Shown: positions 43,965-59,916 of the stretch, piece after piece
How positions within the stretch are numbered: position 1 is the first letter of the stretch
Layout: each line of letters starts with the position of its first letter
Assembly (NCBI GenBank): GCA_964016885.1
Contig: OZ024760.1
Location: forward strand, 11,346,001 to 11,410,000
DNA from: Eledone cirrhosa
Taxonomy: Eukaryota
Direction: 5' to 3'
DNA: 64,000 bases
Position numbers and translations under genes: made by a program
Notes under the pieces: model-generated
What the model was told of the DNA's origin: nothing
Database searches by the model: none
What the model saw: only the letters and a program-made list of their open reading frames with translations

Positions 43965-44019
43965 AGTATACACATATATATATATATATACATGCTTCTG
44001 TGTGTAATATATATATATA

Positions 44020-44181
44020 TATACATAGGGTATATTAATAAGTACACACACACAGACACACACACACACATATATGTATATGTGGACGTATAATATAAAA
44101 CAGCAGGGAAGAAAGGTATGTCCATAAAAGAGAACAGTAGCATATATATATAATGTGTGTGTTTGTGTGTGTATGTATATG

Positions 44182-44235
<54 letters not shown>

Positions 44236-44242
44236 TAAATAA

Positions 44243-44273
<31 letters not shown>

Positions 44274-44276
44274 TAA

Positions 44277-44335
<59 letters not shown>

Positions 44336-44545
44336 TAAATAAATATACATATATATATATACATACACATATATAAATAAATATAATTATATATATATAA
44401 ATATATATATATGTATATATGCTACTGTTCTCTTTTATGGACATACCTTTCTTCCCTGCTGCTTTATATTATACGTCCACATGTATGTATATATATATAT
44501 ACATGTGTGTGTGTGTATGTCTGTGTGTGCGTGGGTGTATTTATG
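44020..44545. repeat. Inverted duplication flanking a TA-rich spacer
   Basis: cagcagggaagaaaggtatgtccataaaagagaacagtagc (44101) is inverted at about 44421-44461; similarity extends to about 130 bp. Confidence 0.85.
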
Positions 44546-45937
44546 TATATACCCTATATAATAGATACCATTGTGAATGTCGACAATATCCAAATATTTG
44601 TTGATATCCGTGCATCAGCAAGTGATTGCGATCAGAACATTCAGTTTACAATAAATCTATAACCCACTTTGTATGACAATACATGTATGATATTTGATTG
44701 GTGAAATCGAAGAAATATATTATATTCTTATGTTCTTTTGATTCTCTTACTTGTTTCTGACATCGCACCACGACCATGCTGGAGCATTTCCTAGATAGAA
44801 TTGGTTCGAAACTTGCACCTGATGCGTGCCAGATAGCTGTGTTGCCCGTTAAATTAAATTGCCTCTTTCTACTGTCAGAAAATAAAGATATAATCATTTG
44901 ATAGTTTCTAATTGAGGTATATGACCAGCAATTTTTGACTGAGTGTTAAGTCGATAAATCAAACATACCTCTTGATTGATACTTTAATGTATCGATCTCG
45001 AATGGATAAAAGGCAAAGTTGACCTCAGCGGGATTTGAACTCAGAGATCAGAGATCTGGAATCTTGTACCATAAGCCATTCTATCTGACGTTCTAACAAC
45101 TCAGTCAATCCGTTGTCTTTACACAATTAATAAGTTCCCACAAAACTAATAAAATGTATCAGAAGATCGGAACACAACTCATGGGACACAAAATAGCTAT
45201 ATCTCCACGAAATATAGAAAATATTACGATAGTAAAGACTACTTATATAACTAACGAGACCTTAAAATACAACGGAACTGCCTGAGTAAGACCTGCAACA
45301 TAGGGAATAAACCGAAATCACGAAAAAAAAAAAAAAAAAAATCGAAAACACGAAAAACAAAAACACAAAACATTTTAGCAAAATATAAAAAAAAGGGGGG
45401 CTTTGAGAAAATAAAGAAAATATCTGAAACGAAGATCATAGAAATCCCCATGGAAACACCTAATCAATGACCCAGCTATAATAATAAAAATATAAAACAT
45501 AGCGTCGATCATATACTTAGTAATAAACAGAATATAAATATACATCACAACAGATTCAACGGATTAAATATAAAAGAAGGAAATCTATAGAAGAAAGAAG
45601 AGAAAGAAAAAGAGAAGACAATGATCGCAGAATTGACCGCTGCAAAATCGATGAAGTTGGATCAAGGAAATTCTGTGTAGAATCTCTAAATATACACAAG
45701 TTGATCCACGGGAGTATAACAACGTTGATTCACAAAAAACAGTCTTCATGGAAACAAAGCCACGTGACATAGCAACAGGCTGGATATACTATCGCTCTGA
45801 TTGATGGACAATTGGTGTGGACCTCGTCAAATTGTAACAATGGGAATAATGTTTCCATTGGTCTTTCTATTGCTGATGCTCTCTATCTGTCGTAATTCCT
45901 GCATTTTTTAGTATAATAGAGTGTATATATATATATA

Positions 45938-46306
<369 letters not shown>

Positions 46307-46393
46307 TATAATAAAGGTAGGAGTGCGGGACTGCGTCCGTTTTATATTTTCTTATCCCGTTAGTAAAATAAGTAAGATTACGTTGAATGAATA

Positions 46394-46572
46394 ATTGTTT
46401 CTACTTTTGGCACAAGGCCAGCAATTAATCCAGTGTATTACTGGTACTTTATTTTATCGACCCGGCAAGGATGAAAGGCAAAGTTAACCTCGACGGGATT
46501 TGAACTCAGACCGTAAAAGGGAGTAACTATGCTGGAAAGCATGGCGTCCGACCCTCTACCGATACTGCCAAT
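46394..46572 (-). mobile_element. SINE family S1
   Basis: Full core; flanked by TGAATGAATA repeats. Confidence 0.85.
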
Positions 46573-47124
46573 AATGAATGAATATTATGTAATTTATCCA
46601 CTAAATTTCGTAGCTGTTGATTAAACATAAATATTCTTATATATAAAGTATTGCTTATTTTAAGATTCACTTCTTTTAAATTTTCAAATGTCAACACTTC
46701 CGGTTAGCGTTGGTTATATTATAACAATTATTACATTGCTTATATAAACGTTCAGATATTTGCATCGTTGTTTAAGGTTTATATTTCCGTCGCTAATTTT
46801 CTCCTTTTTCGTCTTCATAACATTTTAGTTTATTATATACGCTGTTTATATATAATATCGTCTTTTTTTTTAATGTATCATGGATTAATTTACTGTTTAC
46901 AGAAGACAGTGTAACACAGACTTCGTTCAATTTCTGTGCAAGTATATATATAGGAAAAGAGTCAGGACCCCGACGACTGAGCTCCAGCCGTTTTGGCAAC
47001 TAGATCCGAACAGCTTATATGGCAGCAGAGTAATTGGATTTATCCTGTTGTGTGTATTAAATAATTACATTAGCATTAGACCATTAGTATAGAGAACAAC
47101 AGATTAGACTGTCTTAGACAACTG

Positions 47125-47229
47125 ACTCTATCTCTCTCTCCTCTCTCTCTCACTCTCCTCACGACCACCACACCCTCTCTCACTTCTCGCCTCTCTCCTT
47201 CTCTCCCTTTCTCCCTCTCTCACCTCTCG

Positions 47230-47281
<52 letters not shown>

Positions 47282-47514
47282 CTCTCTCCCTCTCTCTATC
47301 ATCTCGACCACCACACCCTCTCTCTCTCTCTCTCTCTCTCTCCTGTCTCTCTATCTCCTCACGACCACCACACCCTCTCTCACTTCTCGCCTCTCCCTTT
47401 CTCCCTCTCTCACCTCTCTCTCTCCCTCTCTCCCTCTCTCTATCATCTCGACCACCACACCCTCTCTCGCTTCTCTCTCACTCTCTCTCATCTCGACCAC
47501 CACACCCTCTCTCG

Positions 47515-47548
<34 letters not shown>

Positions 47549-47590
47549 CCACCACCACACCCTCTCTCCCCTCACGCTTCACTCTCCCCG
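47125..47590. repeat. (CT)n with a recurrent CGACCACCACACCC core
   Basis: About six core copies separated by variable (CT)-rich tracts. Confidence 0.85.
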
Positions 47591-47643
47591 CCCCAATCTT
47601 TGTGTCTGTGTCTGGGTATGTATATATGCATAAATATATATAT

Positions 47644-47694
47644 AGATTCCTGATGATTTCTAAAGAATGAAACAGTTCTAGTCCTGTAGAATCT
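47644..47694 (+). ncRNA. Type I hammerhead ribozyme (family G)
   Basis: agattc-CTGATGA-tttc(taaa)gaat-GAAA-cag(ttctagtc)ctg-TA-gaatct; element 47644-47783 lies between (TA)n tracts. Confidence 0.8.
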
Positions 47695-47777
47695 CATCTA
47701 TATTAAAACTTTTATACTCTGCTATGTATTGAGTACCTTACTTACTGTGGTTACCTCCGATTCAACCCGGAATAACT

Positions 47778-47858
<81 letters not shown>

Positions 47859-47893
47859 TATAAATATGATATGTCTATATATGTTTATAAATA

Positions 47894-47933
<40 letters not shown>

Positions 47934-48615
47934 TCATTATAAATATATGTATATGAATGAAAAATGGCGTGCTGCGTTGTTGCGAATATGAACATAAGAA
48001 TGAAAATAGACCGAGAAACAGGAATGTCCATCATCAGTAGTCTGCTGATTATCATTGGTATTTCTTCGCATTAAAGACTTGATACCTAAAATCAGTGCGA
48101 GCGATAACTAAATTAAGTTATCGGGACAGAGGAAAGTAAACAAACAACATGGTAGTAATGCAACGTAAAGAGGGGAAAAGAGAGACAAGTCAATGAATCC
48201 TGTGGGCTTACGTCCGACAAATAAAATGACGAGACTAAAAAACTCATAGCGAATGGTCTTCCAAATGTTGTTAAATAAACATACAGTATATTATCAAATA
48301 TACTATACATACATCGCTATTTCAGGGCACCAATACTAATTCCTAATTTTTGATAGACCGGCAACCGATCTGTTTAATCAGCTCCTGATTATTACTGAAA
48401 TTCTATCAGAATCCAGATACTATAACTCTCGGCAGAAGCGGAGGGATAAGCATTTTGACAACCACCAACGAGCGAGAAACGGCCGTCGATCACTTCCCTT
48501 TGCTTTTGCCAAGACGAAGTAAGTGACGCAGTCACTACTTTAAAACTCATAGCGAATGGCCTTCAAAATCTTTTTAAATAAACGTACAGTATATTATCAA
48601 ATATATTGTACGTAC

Positions 48616-48660
<45 letters not shown>

Positions 48661-48781
48661 CATATATATATATATATATATATATATAATCATATATATA
48701 TATATATATAATCATATATATATATATATATATAATCATATATCCATATATATATATATATATATATATATAATCATATAT

Positions 48782-48862
<81 letters not shown>

Positions 48863-48904
48863 CATATATATATATATATTCATATATATATATATATGAA
48901 TATA

Positions 48905-49295
48905 TTTATTTAGGTTTGTTGGTTCACCACTGGATAGAACTGGTCATTCCGTATGGTCAACCTCGATGTAATAATATGGAGAGCACTCAACGTAATGCAA
49001 CTCACCCGTCTTCGTTTGTGAAGTTGGTGGTGCGAGTGTGAAGTTAATTATTATAAAATAACAGGAGGAGGCTGGACTGGTGTAAATCCTTGAAAGGTTT
49101 ATTATACTATGATCAGTTCAATGACCGGGTTCAGTATGAATCCGATGACATCATCAGGTATTCAAAATATAACAAAGGAATATAACAGATAAAATCTATG
49201 GGGCTGAAAATCAGAGACAAGAGGACGACCGACTAATAGTATAATAAACCTTTCAAGGATTTACACCAGTCCAGCTCCTGGTAATTTATACTATA
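48905..49295. mobile_element. Fold-back element with a degenerate HHR (49104-49161, minus strand)
   Basis: Arms about 49055-49110 and 49236-49290. Reverse strand: atac-CTGATGA-tgt.c.atcggattca/tgaacccggt.c.att-GAAC-tgatca-TA-gtat. Confidence 0.75.
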
Positions 49296-49315
49296 TATTT
49301 ATATATATATACATA

Positions 49316-49449
<134 letters not shown>

Positions 49450-49451
49450 AA

Positions 49452-49709
49452 TGAAGTAATTCCGTCGGAAAAGTCCAGGAAAAAAGAGTGCTCTATGTAG
49501 GTAACAGAGCTTAATAGTTATGTAATAAACAACATAAGATAATTATTTCATTTTCCAGTGGTTTCTTAAAAGCCAAAAAATGTTGCTTTCAATCATCAGA
49601 ATGAAAAATTCCTGGTCTGTATTTTTTCATTCTGATGATTGAAAGCAAAATTTTTTTGCTTTTAAGAAACCACTGGAAAATGAAATAATTATCTTATGTT
49701 GTTTATTAC

Positions 49710-49713
<4 letters not shown>
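49452..49713. mobile_element. Fold-back element family E, copy 2, with two HHRs lacking the UH site
   Basis: HHR cores at 49546-49606 (-) and 49625-49685 (+); both read ccactgg-AA instead of -TA. Confidence 0.85.
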
Positions 49714-49769
<56 letters not shown>

Positions 49770-49771
<2 letters not shown>

Positions 49772-50054
49772 ATTTACATATACATAAAGTCATAGATATA
49801 TATGTGGCAACCGGTCACGTTGTGGCTCAATGAAGAATTAATAAATTAAATAATCAGAGCAATATATCATAAATCATGTCCTTAGAATTATTAGATAAAA
49901 TATATACAATTTCCTCTCCCAATTAGCATAATTAACCATATAAAAAATCAATTAGACCAGGCTATAAGAATAAAGGTTCCTATGAAGAAATATTTGACAA
50001 ATTGGGAGAGGAAATGGTATATATTTTATCTACTAATTCTAAGGACATGATTTA

Positions 50055-50062
<8 letters not shown>
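49770..50062. mobile_element. Fold-back element family K
   Basis: 63-bp arms (49862-49924 and 50000-50062); left tail with GCTC...GAGC; (TA)n flanks. Confidence 0.7.
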
Positions 50063-50097
<35 letters not shown>

Positions 50098-50446
50098 TAT
50101 AATATAATATATACATTCACACGCATATATATATATGCGTATATATATACATACATATATATAGATATAGATATACATAGTTTACGTATATACACACACA
50201 CCAATATATATGTATGTGTGTGTGTGAGTGTGTGTGTGTGTGTGTGTGTACAGGAATACACTCATACACGAGATGATAGATATATTTCTTTATTAGCCAC
50301 AGGGGCACAAAAGAAGGGAACAAATACAAAGGGGGAAGTTTACATACAATAAAAACGTGTAAAATGTTATCACAAATGGAATTTAAAAAGTTAGTCGATT
50401 TTCCCCAATAGAGGGAGACAGTTTATATGGGTAACACATACGAGTT

Positions 50447-50520
<74 letters not shown>

Positions 50521-50794
50521 CATAGCTGAACATGGATCTTCGTCACAATTTAATCTTTATAGAAACGGGGGAAAGCGGGAGGGAATATATATATTTTTTC
50601 TAATATTTTAAGCAGAGCGGCATAGTTTATAGTTTGTGAGAGATTGTGTGAGATTTGGCTGCAAATGGGGAACGGATTATATTGGAAACTGTGGCGCTGT
50701 TGCAATTTCCCCAGAGGTGTTAGTAAATATCTTAGCACAAACTACAGAGCAGACGTTTTGATGTTCAACAAGCTTGGAGGATAAGATAACTTAC

Positions 50795-51730
50795 AAGAGA
50801 GAGAGGGAGAGAGAGGAGGGAAGAGAGAGGGAGAGAGAGAGAGAGAGGCAGGAAGGGAGAGTAGAGGAGAGGAGAAGAGAGAAAGGCGAGAGAGAGACGG
50901 AGAGATGATGGTAAGCGATAGGGAGATAAAGAGAGAGAGGGGCGAAAAAGAGGGTGAGAGACGGAGAATGAGGTGGGTGAGACAGAGAAAGAGAGGGGGT
51001 GAGAGTGAGAGAGAGATGGACAGAGGGAGGGAGGATGGGGTAGTTTAGAGAGATTGAGAGAGAAAGAGAATTATTTAGTTGAAAGAGTGTTTGGTGGGAA
51101 AATATGAAGAAAGGAGAAAGTTAGAATAAAGGGGGAGGAAGAGAAATAAAGGGAAGCAAGAGGGACGGCGGAGAGAAGTGGAGGGAGTTAAGCTACCCAG
51201 AGAGAGAGAGAGAGAGGTTTCGGGTGCTTAGAGACGGAGGAAGAAGGGAAAGAGGGAGAGTGAGAGAGACAGATGGGAAGTGAAGAAAGAGAGGAAGAGC
51301 AGCAGAAAGAGAGAGGAGGAGAGGGAAAGAGTAAATATATGGTAAGTAGGGAGAGAGAGCGGGACTGATTTAAGAGAGAAAGAGAGAAGGAGAGAGGAGA
51401 GACAGAGAGAGAGAGACTGAGTTAAGAGAAAGAGAGAGAAGGAGAGAGAGAAAGAGATTAAAGATATGGTAAGTAGGGAAAGAGAGAGGGACTGAGTTAA
51501 GAGAGAAAGAGCGAGAGAATGAGAGAGAAAGAGAGTAAAGATGGGAAGAGAGATGGAGTGAGATAAGAGAAAGAGAGGGAAGGGGAGGGGAGAGAGAAAG
51601 AGACTGAGTTAAGAGAAAGAGAGAGAAGGAGAGGGGAGAGTGAAATCGCATTTTCGGATCTCGTGAGAATTCCTACAAGAAACTGCTGAATTCGACGAAT
51701 TCAGCGGAGAGAGAGAGAGAGAGAGAGGGG
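50795..51730. repeat. Purine-rich (GA)n-derived low-complexity block
   Basis: Direct reading; recurrent GACTGAGTTAAGAGAAAG units. Confidence 0.9.
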
Positions 51731-51898
51731 ATTTATACAGAGAGCTTGAGAGATTTAATTAAAATATTGCATGAAATGAATGTCGTGGTCTTTCTGTTGC
51801 TTTTATGTATTTTGGGTAGTTCTTTTTTCTTATCGGCTGGATTGTGATGTGGGTGTGTTATGTGTTGCTTGTTTCTGATATATATTTCTCATACAGAA

Positions 51899-51995
<97 letters not shown>

Positions 51996-52092
51996 TGTGT
52001 GTGTGTGTGTTTGTGTGTGTGCGTCAGTGTAAGTGTGCGTATATGTGTATATATTATCTTTATTATTATATATATATAAAGTGAGAGAGATG

Positions 52093-52143
<51 letters not shown>

Positions 52144-52511
52144 CATGATATAATATAATTATGAATCTTATCTCTCACACCTGTTTTTTGCAAGGATTTC
52201 CCGAAAAGATATTATAATCTTCCACACATATATGTACACACACACACACATATGTGTGTGTGTGTACATATATATGTATATATATATATATATGAATACA
52301 AATATTTATATTTATATAAGTATGTATGTATATATATATAGGTATGTATATATATATATACATATATATGTATATGTGTGTGTGTGTATACATATATATA
52401 TGTACATATACATATATATACACATATATATATATATACATATTTATATAAGTATGTATGTATATACATATGTATATATATAGGATGTACATATATATGT
52501 ATGTATGTATT

Positions 52512-52632
<121 letters not shown>

Positions 52633-53202
52633 ATATATATGTGTCTGTTGTCTGTGTGTAAGTATGTATATGTATATGCCTTGTATATGGTATACATATA
52701 TATTTCTTAAGATATATATATCAGCATTGATATATTTTTTGCTATAGTTATCGTCGCTTCTCGTATTTATATTTCACATGTTCAAAATGTTACCCTAAAC
52801 TTATAAAATATCGACATTTTTTCTAAGCTCATCTCATGCTGAGGTCACATTGTTTCCTTCGTAGGTCACTGAAATATGATACCAGTTATATAATACGGTC
52901 GATATGATCTACTGTCCCCCATCCGACCTATCAACTCATTCAGTCTAAATAATTCTACCAGTATAGAATGGTGGTGCTCCAGTATGGCCTTCGCCTCTCG
53001 GGTGCAACAAGTAACAGAGTAAATATATGATGAACAATTATTTTCAAAATGTTATCCTGAACTTTTCCCCCATGAATTATCTACATTTTTTTCCAAGTTC
53101 ATCTCCAGCTGAGATCGAAGGTTTTACTTCCCAAGTCAATAACATTACATACCAGTAATATAATACGGTTGATATTATCTACTCTCCCTTACCCACTTAA
53201 GT

Positions 53203-53365
53203 GGAGGGGAGTGGCCTAGTGGTAATGGCGTTTTTACTTATGATCATAACGTCGTGGGTTCGAATGATGGATTGGATTACGTGTTGTGTTCTTGAGCAAA
53301 ACACTTCATTTCACGTTGCTCCAGTATACTCAGCTGAAAATGAGTACCTGCTGCGATGCCCTGAC
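53203..53365 (+). mobile_element. tRNA-derived SINE family S2
   Basis: A-box TGGCCTAGTGG, B-box GGTTCGAAT, body TTGTGTTCTTGAGCAAAACACTTCATTTCACGTTGCTCCAGT. Confidence 0.75.
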
Positions 53366-53526
53366 GTCAGGGGGGGGGGAGTCTGGTGATGGTAATGGTG
53401 GTAGTGGTAGTGTAGGTATTAGTTTTTCTGTATTTCCGTTATTAGTAACTAGGCTTGTTTAGCTTAGCGGATGTCAGGCAGATGGGTTGACACGTATGAA
53501 TACGCACGACATGACCATGGATGGCG

Positions 53527-53833
53527 ATAATAGCCGCTAAATCTAGAGATAATTGTTTCTACGATTGGCACAAAGCCAGCAAATTACCCAGTGTATTACT
53601 GGTACTTTATTTTATCGACCCCGTAAGGATGAAAGGCAAAGTTAACCACGGTGAGATTTGAACTCAATAATAGCCGCTAAATCTATAGATAATTGTTTCT
53701 ACGTTTGGCACAAAGCCAGCAAAAGACCCAGTGTATTACTGGTACTTTATTTTATCGACCCCGTAAGGATGAAAGGCAAAGTTAACCTCTGCGGGATTTG
53801 AACTCAATAATAGCCGCTAAATCTATAGATAAT
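53527..53833 (-). mobile_element. Two tandem 5'-truncated S1 SINEs with a triplicated 27-bp flank
   Basis: ATAATAGCCGCTAAATCTA(G/T)AGATAAT at 53527, 53667 and 53807 (140-bp period). Confidence 0.9.
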
Positions 53834-53902
53834 GAACGCAAACAGAAGGATATGATCCGAACGTGGAAGAGCCGAACTCCCACTGCCATCGCCTATAATA
53901 GA

Positions 53903-53979
<77 letters not shown>

Positions 53980-53980
<1 letters not shown>

Positions 53981-54205
53981 GTAGGAGGTGAGTTTTATTG
54001 TAGCACAATAAAGCAATGCAGATATCGGATAAGAAGCACTCTACAGTGTGTAGGACTGGAGTATACATAATATATAAGATCAAAAGATGGTTAAAGGAAA
54101 AGACCATCAAAAGGTATCCAATATGAGAGAGCGCTTACTCTCATATTGGATACCTTTTGATGGTCTTTTCCTTTAACCATCTTTTGATCTTATATATTAT
54201 GTATA
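53980..54205. mobile_element. Fold-back element with a family C tail and a different inner arm
   Basis: Outer part matches 9421-9538; inner arm unrelated; loop AGCGCTTA at about 54130-54137. Confidence 0.85.
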
Positions 54206-54223
54206 TATATATATATATGTATA

Positions 54224-54418
54224 TAACGAAGGTAATGTGAAAAGGAACCAGGTGGACCATAACGCACCAAAGTACTCAATACTTAGGGTAGTAGAGTGGG
54301 TAATAGGAACGAGTAGGACCCCGACGGGAGAGCTCAAGGCGTTTCGACGGCTAATTCTGGACTGAATTAGCCGTCGAAACGGCTTGAACTCAGCCGTCGG
54401 GGTCCTACTCGTTCCTAT
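54224..54418. mobile_element. Fold-back element family A, copy 4
   Basis: Homology to the other A copies; junction ctggact|gaattagcc. Confidence 0.9.
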
Positions 54419-54439
54419 ATATATATATATATATTAAAT

Positions 54440-54612
54440 CTCTCCCAAGGTAACTCTATCTCGTGTTATTATTATTATGTTTTACGCTCTTTCCTACGTT
54501 CCTCTACACGCTATAGATCTCAATCTACAACCACTTACATCTCTTTCTTCACCACCGGATCTTGTTACCCGGAGATTTACCCATCTGCATTGTTGAGGCT
54601 TCCAAACCGACC
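54440..54612 (+). mobile_element. Repeat family J copy
   Basis: Reverse complement of 28095-28466 without the SINE; lies between (TA)n tracts. Confidence 0.75.
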
Positions 54613-54654
54613 TAAAGAAAATATATCTTATTATTCCACAATACTTCAAGCAAA

Positions 54655-54777
<123 letters not shown>

Positions 54778-54784
54778 GTGTATG

Positions 54785-54919
<135 letters not shown>

Positions 54920-54922
54920 GTG

Positions 54923-54983
<61 letters not shown>

Positions 54984-55029
54984 GTGTATATATATATATA
55001 TATATATATAGATATATATATGTATATAC

Positions 55030-55152
<123 letters not shown>

Positions 55153-55263
55153 CATATATATATATATACGAGTATATGTGTATATATATATATACATATA
55201 TATATACGTGTATATATATATATATATATATATACGTGTGTATATATATATATATATATATAC

Positions 55264-55332
<69 letters not shown>

Positions 55333-55333
55333 C

Positions 55334-55394
<61 letters not shown>

Positions 55395-55399
55395 CATAC

Positions 55400-55475
<76 letters not shown>

Positions 55476-55778
55476 GTATGTATACAGATGTGTAAACAAG
55501 CTGCTCTCACTTTGCGAAGGATGAACTATGAATAAACCGGAATAGCGGAATGGTAATAATCGAGATGAACTCCGTATAAATAATACATTTACAACATACA
55601 CACACATACATATATACATACATAAATATATACATACATACGCACACGTATATACATACATACACACAATATATATATTCATACAAACACATACATGTGC
55701 GTATGAATATATATATTGTGTATATATATACGTTAGAACAATACATTTACAACAGTTGCATATTATACACACACACAC

Positions 55779-55839
<61 letters not shown>

Positions 55840-56883
55840 CATATATGAAGCAGAGATGCATAAGCATAAAATCTTATTAGATTCATATACATATATATAC
55901 ATATATATACATTCATATACATACATATACATATATATACATACATATACATACATACATATACATACATATACATATATATACATACATATTCATACAT
56001 ATACATACATATACATATATATATACATACATATACATACATATACATACATATACATACATACATATACATACATATACATATATATACATACATATAC
56101 ATACATATACATATATATACATATATACATATATATACATATACATACATATACATACATATACATACATATATACATACATACATCCATATATATACAT
56201 ACACACATCCATACAAACATACATACACGCATACATACATATATATATACACATACGCACACATATGCACACATATGCACACACATACACACACACACAC
56301 ACTCATACATACAGACATATACACACATAAAAACACACATACATATATATACATACATACAAACACACACACATATATATATATATATGCACACAACTAT
56401 ATATACACAAATATATACATACATATATACATACATAGACACATATATATACACACATATATACACTGATATATACATTTACAAAGGTCCAATAGAAAAG
56501 TCATGAAAATTCAACACACACGTGCTTGTTAATAAATGGAAGGGGAAATATACACCCTGTCCTGTTTTGAAGCGTATATACACACTTGAGATTGTCTTCC
56601 CTCGTTATGTATATATGTGTGTATGTATGTGTGTGTGTATGTATGTTTGTGTGTGTGTATGTATGTATTTATATATGCATGTGTGTATATACACGTGTAT
56701 GAATGTGTGAATGTATATGTGTGTGAGGTATATATGTATGTACGTAAGTGTGTATGTATGTGTGTATGTATATGTGTATGTATGCATCTATATGTGTATG
56801 TATGTATGTATATTTGTTTCTAGGCATGCATTTATATATATGTAATATATATATGTAATTTTATATATGTACATATAAGTATG

Positions 56884-56922
<39 letters not shown>

Positions 56923-56996
56923 ATATATACATATTTATATGAGTGTGTATATATCATTGTATACATATTTACATTGTATCTATGTATGTATGTATG

Positions 56997-57037
<41 letters not shown>

Positions 57038-57112
57038 ATATATGTATGTATGTATGTATATATGTATGTATGTATATATATGTATGTATGTATATATGTA
57101 TATATATGTATG

Positions 57113-57144
<32 letters not shown>

Positions 57145-57150
57145 CTGACC

Positions 57151-57188
<38 letters not shown>

Positions 57189-57702
57189 TGTGTGTGTCTG
57201 TGTATGTGTGTACTAGTGCACCTGTGTATATGTGTATACGCATTAATATATACACCTAACATCTATATCATGTATATAATGTAAACCTGCATATATACAT
57301 ATATACATATATGCATATATACATATATACATATACACATATATACATATATACATATATACACATACACATATACATATGTTTCCAAACCACACTGCTC
57401 CTCCTTATAAGAGTTACACGCCCCTGTTGTAATGGTGTTTCAATGCTTAGCTAAATAATTAATTCAATCTGCGCAACATCTGATCGTCTCCACATTGGGA
57501 ATTAAGTCAGAGCGGAAATTAAATTTCAATTCATATTCGAAAATGTACATTGTAATGAGTTTTGTTATATGCTCTTAGTTGAAACACTTCACCGCTAGAT
57601 GTCGCTGAGGATACGACCTGAATCTGTTGACACAGCCTCACTTCTGTATTTTTAGAGGAGTCGATGAGCTACTTCAGTATTATCCATGCTTCGCCCCCCC
57701 CC

Positions 57703-57760
<58 letters not shown>

Positions 57761-57771
57761 CTCCCTCTCTC

Positions 57772-57854
<83 letters not shown>

Positions 57855-57915
57855 ATACATTTTATATATACTTACATACATGCATGATTTCAAAAACACA
57901 CATACATACATACAC

Positions 57916-58003
<88 letters not shown>

Positions 58004-58054
58004 GTATAAATAATGAGGAGATACATAAGTATGCAAATTTAGATACACTCTCGG

Positions 58055-58108
<54 letters not shown>

Positions 58109-58296
58109 ACAGATATATACATACATACATACATACATACATACATACATACATACATACATACATAAATGCATACATACATACGTATAGATATAGATAT
58201 TATACATATATATGTATGTACAGATAGAGAAAAAGAGAAAAACCGAGAAAGAGAGAGAGAGAGAGACAGAGACACAGAGAGAGAGAGAGAGAGAGG

Positions 58297-58336
<40 letters not shown>

Positions 58337-58643
58337 CAGAGAATGAGAGAGAGAGACAAACAGATAGATATATAGAAAGAGCTACAAGTAGAAATAAATA
58401 TATATAGTTACATAAGTAAGAAGACATATTAAATAAATATCTCAATAAATAGGAAGGTGACACTATCAATTGAAGTATATCCTCGATTGGTAATTAGGTT
58501 TCGTGGAAGTTTGAGAATGGAACATTATTCACGGGTTTTTACATGGCTTCCATCGAGGAGAGAATTTACAGAATTCTTCTGGCCGGGGATTTCCATTGGA
58601 ACAGATTACATAATTAATTTTATTTTCTGAATTTCTTTATTAC

Positions 58644-58751
58644 CGTAGTCTACATTTGTCCTGAGGCTGCGGTGGAGTGGTGGAGTGGTGGTGGATTGGG
58701 TGTGTAGTGTAGTCAGGGTGGCGTGTGGGTGGAGATGAATGTATTATAAGA
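58644..58751 (-). CDS. Candidate symmetric 108-nt exon (LIIHSSPPTRHPDYTTHPIHHHSTTPPQPQDKCRL), product unknown
   Basis: Acceptor gatttgctttacag, donor cg|gtaata, one open frame. Confidence 0.3.
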
Positions 58752-58883
58752 CTGTAAAGCAAATCGCACACAGACAGACAGACAGACAGACACGCAGACA
58801 CACGTGTGGTCGACTGCCGTACGTCTGTTAGCATGCGTGTATATACCTGTATGCATGCACGAACATGTATGTGTATGGATGTT

Positions 58884-58918
<35 letters not shown>

Positions 58919-58989
58919 CTGGGTGTGTGTATGTGTGTATATATGTATATATATATGTGTGTGGGTGTGTATGTATGTGTGTATATATG

Positions 58990-59022
<33 letters not shown>

Positions 59023-59858
59023 ATGTGTGTATATATGTATATATATATATATATATGCCTATATATATATATATGTGGGTGTGTGTGTATGTGTGTATAT
59101 AGGTATATATATATATATATTATATATATATATAGTAATAATAATAAATTTGAAGACTAAATTCCAAAGGATAAATATATATATATATACATATATATAT
59201 ACATATATATATATATATGGTTGGAAAATCACTGACGAAGGACTATTTTTATCATATGTAACCCATGTGCAAACCACGCAGTATTCTTCTTTCTTCTCAT
59301 GTTTTTTATATATATATATGTATATATATATATGTATATATATATACATACATAAATATACATCTTTCTACCTGGAGGCGAGCGACCGATAGATAGTATT
59401 AGCAATTGGAAAGACCAACGGAAACATTGTTTCCTCGGCCCGATTTGCCGAAGGTCGATCGATCTTATATAATATATACATACATATATATACATACGAC
59501 TAAACTACTGCAAGTTAGTTTCATAGAACTTGAGTAGTTCAACGGTTTCCTGTGTTAAGCTCTTGAACCACAGATTATTCTCTGCTTCCCCGCTAGGGTT
59601 TCTTCCTTGGACACTATTGGTTCACAGTTCAACCTATTGTATCTCTACTACGACTTCTTTCATTGAGCAGTTGTATGCACCGAGATCGAAATCATCCTAT
59701 ATCGATCTGCATTCTTATGTATATATAGACTTCCTCCTAAGCGTGATGTTTGTGTTGTGATTTCCTTAACTATATACACACATATATACATATGTATGTA
59801 TAATATATATATAGATAGATAGATATAGATATATAGATATAGATATATAGATATGTGT

Positions 59859-59916
<58 letters not shown>

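Noticed and set aside
50550-50790. Possible LINE coding remnant
   Set aside because: No recognisable RT or endonuclease motif in any frame.
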